A stretch of DNA of 64,000 nucleotides, from NCBI GenBank assembly GCA_050230475.1, contig JBFLGF010000163.1:1-64000 (forward strand), written 5' to 3'. This document shows positions 45,044-64,000 of this stretch, piece after piece. Each line of letters begins with the position of its first letter. The first letter of the stretch is position 1. The position numbers and the translations under genes were made by a program. This DNA is from Ancylonema sp. Lineage: Eukaryota. The notes beneath the pieces were generated by a model that was not told the origin of the DNA, did no database searches, and saw only the letters and a program-made list of their open reading frames with translations.

Positions 45044-45488
45044 TATGTATATAAATATATATCTATACATACATATATGTATATATACGTATATATACAT
45101 ACATGTTTTTACCTCATAGACATGATGCAACTATGTATGCAGGTATGCAACACACATATATTACACACCTGATCTGATAGAGGTATTTTTGTCGGGCACT
45201 TAATTTTCTTTTCATATTTTCATTTTGATATTAGTTGACAAGCCCAGACTTGAAAATTGGGTATTCATTGCTTAATTCATTAAGAGGGTTTACGGGAGTT
45301 GCAGTGGCAAAAATTATAAGATAGGAGAGGTTTTCGCCACAATATCACCGACCTACACCAAGCTACCCGTGGCCAACGAGAGTGTCGAGACGAGCACAAC
45401 GAGTGTAGACGCGGCAAGGGAGCGATTTCTCTCACGAAAGAAAGCAAAACTTGGGCAAATATTGGACGCCAAGAATGGGAGGAGATAG
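37915..45488 (+). CDS. DEAH-box ATP-dependent RNA helicase (pre-mRNA splicing type; DHX40 / plant DEAH4-like)
   Basis: Exons approx. 37915-38135, 38584-38781, 39356-39573, 40654-40817, 41112-41290, ~41543-42195, 42319-42564, 42897-43075, 45305-45488. Motifs: [59 protein letters not shown]2 and OB regions, and C-terminal [11 protein letters not shown]. There is an apparent frame shift inside a poly-G tract near 41970-42075. Confidence 0.92.
43200..45100. repeat. About 1.9-kb higher-order microsatellite array in the last intron of the helicase
   Basis: Units of about 250-270 bp built from (TA)n, (TATG)n and (CATA)n, with recurring anchors GGTTCGTATGTGTG and its reverse complement CACACATACGAACC. 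Confidence 0.92.
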
Positions 45489-45954
45489 GAAGCACTTGCA
45501 TGCTTGATTAGGCTCCGTATGACTCTTGCAAAAATGGTGGTTGAAGCGATGTGTAGAGTAGAGAAGGCTCTTCGGAGTGGAATTCCTAATTTGTTGTACC
45601 TTATTCCATTCTTATTCTCGTGTGCGATCATTACCACCGGTACAGAACCTCCATTTTGTAATTCCGATTCGGAATTCCAACTCGGACCAACCCCCGTTCG
45701 GTACTGTCCTACTATGCTTGTGTTACTCTGGGCACATCAGTATGCAAAATTTACCATATCACATCATATCAAAGTGCCATATCACATACTAATTGCCATT
45801 CTGGGAAAAAATGTAGCCCAAACCCGAGTTGGGACCGAAACTATCATTTTTTCACGAGGGCGTAATTGTGACGTTCATAGCCCGAGTCCCAAGAGGATAC
45901 GATTCTTGGGCCCAAAAATGCGTCCCAAGCGGGTCCAAGATGATTAATTTGGAC

Positions 45955-46148
45955 CCTAGGACTAGAGCAATATATGGCCTTGTCACCTCCCCCACCACCG
46001 CGCGTTCCACTTTCTTCTTCGGAGTTGCATTTTGTTGCTAGTTTTGGCTAGAACAATCGGCTCACATATCTGTCGTTTTTAAGGATATGTAGTTTCTTTA
46101 CAGGCACGTTCTTGTAATGAGATGGGTTTCCCGTCGTTTTTCAATAAT
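45955..46148 (+). repeat. About 190-bp dispersed direct repeat, copy 2
   Basis: Matches 36661-36853 with scattered substitutions. Confidence 0.88.
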
Positions 46149-47749
46149 ATACGATCCTCTTTTTAATTAATTTGGTTCACGATCCGTGTGAAATCCTCTC
46201 CGAGTCCGATTTTTTCTTTGCCCAACCCTTGAACTGTACGGACGCATACCAGTCCGGTATTCAGTGTAACACGTGGCTGAGCTGACGAAGAACGCCTAGA
46301 AACTGCGTGTCTCTAGGTTATTTCCCCCTCATATGTCCGTTTTTGTCTCTCCAGTGTTTCCCCATCTACTCACACGTGCAAAACCTGCCTTTGTTTACTG
46401 TGCACGTCCCGTATCCGAGAAGCGTAAAACAAGACAGAGTGATCATCTGTGTACCTCGTGGCTTTCGACATCCCCAATTTTTGTTCACGTCTTGCGTCCC
46501 GTTGCCGCTGTCTGAGCCTGAGATAACACACCATTATTTTTTTTGGTAGGTTCTTTCCAAATGGTTAAAAAAAGTTGTTCGCAGAAGTCTTGTCTGCCCA
46601 TTCTTGTCCCTTCCGTTTTTGTGCCTGAAATGAGCTTCCGCCTCAGTAAGCGGCGCGTTGCTGTCGTCCGGACTTTCACGATGGCCGAACAGTCGCTCAC
46701 TAATATTTTGCAGCAGCTCTATCGTATTGACCAACGTCTTACTACGATGAGTGTACCCGTCAATTCAGGCCCAACAAGTTTCTGAGCCTGAATTGGCTTA
46801 CGGTATTGATTGCTACGAGTATACATGAGAAATATATCGTGTTACTAAATTCATCGGAGTCTCCGAACTTCCTTCGATCCGAATCATTCATCAATTCATC
46901 AATTCAAGCCCACCTTAGAGCTGCATTTTATTGATCTTTGTTTTTTAAAGAAAATTAAAATCCCCGATCCTGTCCTACTCGCCTGCACTGTGATTTCAGT
47001 TCATCCTATGTTCTGTTTTTTTCCTTCTGCTAGACTCTCAAGAATTTTGTCATATCTGGTTATAGTGCATCGGAGGTGTATAATACTGTGTATTGACTTC
47101 CGAGGCCAATTCCGGGTGTCTGGTAATATATTTTCTACCTGATACGATCATCGGTGCAAACTTTTTGTCTGCCAGTCGCCGAAGTCGTGTGAATGCGACT
47201 CTTACTCTCTTTTTCAAGAGTATTCGAGTGATCGTCACCCATCTGTGACCTGACAGCCCTAGGGATCACACTCCAGTCCTAATACTTGTGTTGTACGAAA
47301 GCGTGTGTAACATCCCGATACTGATCCCGATTCCGATCCCGATCCCGATCCCGATCCCGATCCCGATTTTTTTTCCTTAATAATCCACGAACGGTCAATA
47401 CGGTAGATCCGGGATACCAATGTACACTGGAAAGATGAATCGATGTATGGAATCGCCTTCTTTGATATGCGCCATCATTCAAGAGTTGCTTTGCAGCTTT
47501 GTGTGAGGCGCTTACATTGTGGTGAAGCCGTCTGGCCAATAGAGTCGATTTCCAGATCGTTATGGCCGCAGGGATGAATGCTGAATTTTTTCCTGAATTT
47601 GCCAGATTTGAAGTAAGTAATACTGGCCCAATATGTCCTGGAGCAATCGCCAAAAAAAATTACCTGCAGACTGAAGTTAAGGGTCTATATTTCACGCCGC
47701 ATTTTTTGTTTGATAAAACAAAATATAAAAAATATGATATATGACATAT

Positions 47750-47875
<126 letters not shown>

Positions 47876-48035
47876 AAATATGATATATTTTACCATATTT
47901 GTATATGATAAAATATAATGTCACCTGGTCTATGTGACGTGCCTGTTCACAAATGCGCCGCCTCATATCTGTTTCTGATCCCAGGTTCTGACAGGTTCTG
48001 ACGGGTTCTGACAGGTTCTGACAGGCCAGCCACCG

Positions 48036-48692
48036 ATGCGCAGCGACTTCAGCATGACTCCTCACTTTCATGAGCGAAATAACGCCGCAGTTGGAGCAAT
48101 GATTGGCGAACTTTCGGAGCGGGAGCCCCCTCAGAGCCGCTCTAAAAAGTATGTGGGTGAAGAAAGAGATGGCTTTGCGCCGAACCACATACAAAGGGAC
48201 GTCTTGGAGGAGGTGTTCTCATTTTTGCAGCAAGAGGACTTGTGGGAGGTGGGAAAGGTGTGCAAGGATTGGCGTGAGGTGTCGCAGGATGACAGGCTGT
48301 GGAAGATACTGAAGTTCACGCAAAAGGGCGTCACGTCAGCAGAAGTGCTTCGCGTGTGTCGACGGCACGCAAGAGTGGAGGAGCTTGATCTGCAGGAGAT
48401 AAAAGGAATCGGGGACTCTTTTCTGTTCGACCTGAGGTCTGTTCTGCAAAACACCAAGGCATTGGTCCTTAGCGGACCTAATAGTGGTGCTTCGAATGTG
48501 AGCTGCTATGAGTTTCTTGCTAATTTAGGGACTCGATGTCCTTCGTTGAGGAGCCTAACTATGTGTGCCGATTTAAGGTGGACGAGCAGTCTCAAAATCG
48601 TCCATCCACATCTAAAAGAACTTAAAATACTCCGCCCGATACCACCCGTGGTACCGGCATGGTGCACAGTGCCAAAATCACATAGCAATTAA
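48036..48692 (+). CDS. F-box/LRR protein, short or truncated (resembles the N-terminal part of FBXL15/SLOMO-type proteins)
   Basis: F-box IQRDVLEEVFSFLQQEDLWEVGKVCKDWREVSQDDRLWKIL, followed by LRR-like VEELDL, CPSLRSLTM and HPHLKELKI. Single ORF, with no clear downstream exons. Confidence 0.72.
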   Translation: MRSDFSMTPHFHERNNAAVGAMIGELSEREPPQSRSKKYVGEERDGFAPNHIQRDVLEEVFSFLQQEDLWEVGKVCKDWREVSQDDRLWKILKFTQKGVTSAEVLRVCRRHARVEELDLQEIKGIGDSFLFDLRSVLQNTKALVLSGPNSGASNVSCYEFLANLGTRCPSLRSLTMCADLRWTSSLKIVHPHLKELKILRPIPPVVPAWCTVPKSHSN

Positions 48693-49674
48693 ATGGAAAC
48701 CTGAGCGGACGGTAGCAGCAAACATAGAATGCATGTAAAGTGGTGACAAAGACGAAGAGGAGCTGTGCGGTGTGACCGAATAAGCACTTGCAGATTTGCA
48801 AGGCAGCACGAGATAGGCACACTCTCTTCTTCTTTAGACAGTCACAATCAGAGGTGTACTATTGCTTGTATTGAAAAGTGGGTAGAGATCGGTGATGGAT
48901 TGACACTATTGGCATGGAACCATGTACCTATTGTCTTGTGTGTGTATCTTAAGTATGCCAGGGGCGAATGGGGAGAAAAATCCTCCGTCATGTTAAATGC
49001 TGAAATATTCAAGGCAGTTCAATATATGGGAGTAGGTTGTAAGGAAATGCTCTATATTTGGGACTTATACAAGCAAAGAAGCGTCTTACTCGGTTGAGCA
49101 TTATTAGCATTTGGATGCCGATTTCGCAAACTCCCATGTCGAGTCAACTTTCCGGGCATCAATGTGACGGTGTGTCATGTTAAGCGTGCAAGTCTCCGTT
49201 TGTTGATTATGGCACTTATGTTACAAGGCGAAACATGAAGCATGTGCCTTTGCATGCGTTGTACTAAATATTTCAACAATTTTGAAGAAGCACGGTCAAG
49301 CTTATGATGACCCGTTGAAATCAACCCAATCGACAACATTCAAAAAATCAGGGATGGCACATTGATTAATTCTTTAGTTTGAGTCAAACGTCTTTCGTAC
49401 ATACGAAAGATCCGCTTACATGCACACGAGGCAATGCTACAGAAACCCTTATAGAGCGAAGTCCTTACGCGTAAACACGTTGCAAACACATACACGTTAA
49501 CGACACAAATATCCCGTGCACCGAACGTGTGCCTCTAACGAGAATTTACCGTATTCCAAAATAAAAGTCAACCGAGAAACGAATATTATTGCCCGTGTAA
49601 GCGACTCAGGACCGGCATTTTTAGAGTTATGAAAAGGTGTCGGTGTGACGTATTCGAAGGGTTTTTATGTTATA

Positions 49675-49901
49675 CCGTACTGGCCACACATAACCCCCCC
49701 CATTTTTGAAATGGCAATGAATTCAATCAACCCCCCCCCAAATAATTATTTATTTGACGTTATGTATGGCTGTCGTGCAGTTTAGTAGTGTACTGCAAGT
49801 GGTAGTGATGGGTCCCACCGGCCAAACATGACCCCAATCTCCGATTTTTAGCAATTGATATAACGCCATCCCCCCCCCCCAAATAATTATGGCCAGTACG
49901 G
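49675..49901. mobile_element. MITE-like element (227 bp) with 12-bp terminal inverted repeats, Tc1/mariner/pogo-like
   Basis: CCGTACTGGCCA at 49675-49686 and TGGCCAGTACGG at 49890-49901. Left flank is TA and right flank is GTA (imperfect TA duplication). CCCCCCCCCAAATAATTAT occurs twice internally. Confidence 0.55.
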
Positions 49902-51174
49902 GTATGCGGAGTCCACGGAGCGTGGGCGCGGGCTCGTATGAAATTTATGCAATCAATGCACCACGTGGCAAGCCGGCAGCAACTTTCGCGCAATCCAAAC
50001 GATGCTCCCCTGCGCCTCCTGTCGATTGACCGATTCGTGCCTCCAACGAACACTCTCGCCCTCTGCCCGCCCTCTGCCCGCCCTCTGTTCCCCGCTATAT
50101 GCTTGAAAACACAGCTGAACAAACCAGACTTGAACGAAGCCTTAGGAGAAAGGGGTGCAATCTGAGGAGCAGCAGCAGTTGGGAATTCCTTTTCGTAAAA
50201 AATTGAGGGAGTCAACAGTTCGGCGCGAATCAGATGCCTATTCCGTGAGTCAAAAATTTGTAGACATTAGCGTGGACTGGAGTGGTCAATCATACCGTCT
50301 GTCATTCTCGTATCTGTATTCGCGAAATCAGTCCTTATTCAATTCGCGTGGTATTCGATTCTGGCGGCCATTGAGGCAATTAGGGCCGCGAGCTGCCCTG
50401 CGCTCCACTACGCCGCATGGGTATCGAAGCGGTTTACTAACGCAGCCTCTGCTCAACCGTGAAAGCGCACAGTATGGACTCACACGCGGCGCCCAGAAGC
50501 ACAAGGTACAAAACAAGCATGCCACCGATGCTTGATGGTTGAAGTTGTCCTTCGACAAACAAACCACTCTTTTATTCTCACGATACCATATATGAGGTAC
50601 TGCATAGTGTATATACATGCTTGACAACCATTGACAGTTGGGCAGGAATCCAGCTCTGTAACTTGTTCCTACTCCCTGACCAGAATTTCACATTTTTCTC
50701 ACAATTATGTGTCCCCTTCATCCTACATTATAACGTTTTTACATCTTTATTTTCCCTTCAAAATGGTAGATATACTCGCTGAGGGTGTCCGAATTCAGGT
50801 AACCGTGAATACAGTGAGAAGTATATGAGTAAAAGTTTCGGAAGATGCTCCACACTTCCAATTATAACTTCAAATTGAGTGCAATCGAGTAGAGTGCACG
50901 CATAGCTCATGCTCATGTTGAACTCAGAGAATGAGCGGCTGGAAGTGCACTCCATGTTCCATTCTTGCGAGGCCGCACTCCTCAAATAAATACGCGGTAG
51001 GAATACACATAGGCACTTTTATTAGATCTGGTATTTGGCATTTGATATAGGCGCGTGGAGATAATGTCGGTGGGGGGAGCACCTCCTTCTGCCAACATGG
51101 CCTGGCGGCACTCCCATACCTTTGCCACATGTATACACACTTGCACGCGGTGGCATAGGCAACTATCATGCATG

Positions 51175-51262
51175 CATATTTGTATATTTGCATATTTGCA
51201 TATTTGCATATTTGCATATTTGCATATTTGCATATTTGTATATTTGCATATTTGCATGTTTG
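51175..51262 (+). repeat. (TTTGCATA)n 8-mer tandem repeat just upstream of a splice acceptor
   Basis: About 10 copies, visible directly. Confidence 0.88.
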
Positions 51263-51356
51263 CAGATTCTCAATTGTCAATTTTAATCTCGTGTGTGCCC
51301 TGGATCTTCTCAGGCGATGCAGCAGACCATGGCGCTCGATTGCGCCCGCTTTTATT

Positions 51357-63903
<12,547 letters not shown>

Positions 63904-64000
63904 CGAATATAACCAATTTAACCCATACAACCCATATAACCCACATGACCCACATGACCCACATAACCCATACCTTGTAAACCTATGACTCTTTATTCAT

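Noticed and set aside
43200..45100. Regularly spaced conserved 14-mers resembling a CRISPR array
   Set aside because: The spacers are microsatellite and near-identical, the anchors alternate in orientation, the locus is a eukaryotic intron, and there are no cas genes.
43030..45172. Very long ORFs (up to 644 aa) of Y/I/C/M/H/T on both strands; similar ORFs at about 2.0, 6.0-6.9, 39.6-39.9, 47.7 and 54.9 kb
   Set aside because: They are translations of stop-free AT microsatellites, mostly inside introns, with no protein-like complexity.
47050..47653. Minus-strand peptide FIPAAITIWKS resembling the C-terminus of LINE reverse transcriptases
   Set aside because: It is a single short motif with no RT core (no YADD-like motif) visible, too weak to call.

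Overview
Intron-rich eukaryotic nuclear DNA with plant-type genes, long AT microsatellites in introns and two single-N scaffold joins (14015 and 60447). The gene content suggests a streptophyte alga or early-diverging plant; this is inference and the species cannot be determined. In order, the genes are: a 5'-truncated RR-type tandem CCCH zinc-finger gene; plastid diaminopimelate decarboxylase (lysA, 7 exons); a Kelch-repeat protein with an AT-hook and a C-terminal ARID-HMG/MNM1-type beta domain; mitochondrial FAD-dependent glycerol-3-phosphate dehydrogenase (SDP6/GPD2, minus strand); a poorly defined coiled-coil orphan; a DEAH-box RNA helicase; a short F-box/LRR ORF; and a large multi-exon gene at about 51.3-63.9 kb. 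The last is the main finding. I spliced about 23 exons by hand into one unbroken frame of at least about 1,440 aa: signal-peptide-like N-terminus, GH26-type glycoside hydrolase, beta-rich linker, TM helix, ankyrin repeats, and a compact bacterial-style processive GT2 (cellulose-synthase-like) with all catalytic motifs. This is a candidate single-chain polysaccharide synthase/hydrolase. Also present are a chromovirus 3' LTR remnant, MITE-like elements, a near-perfect intronic hairpin, a higher-order palindromic microsatellite array, and two tandem duplications centred on the N joins that are probably assembly artefacts.
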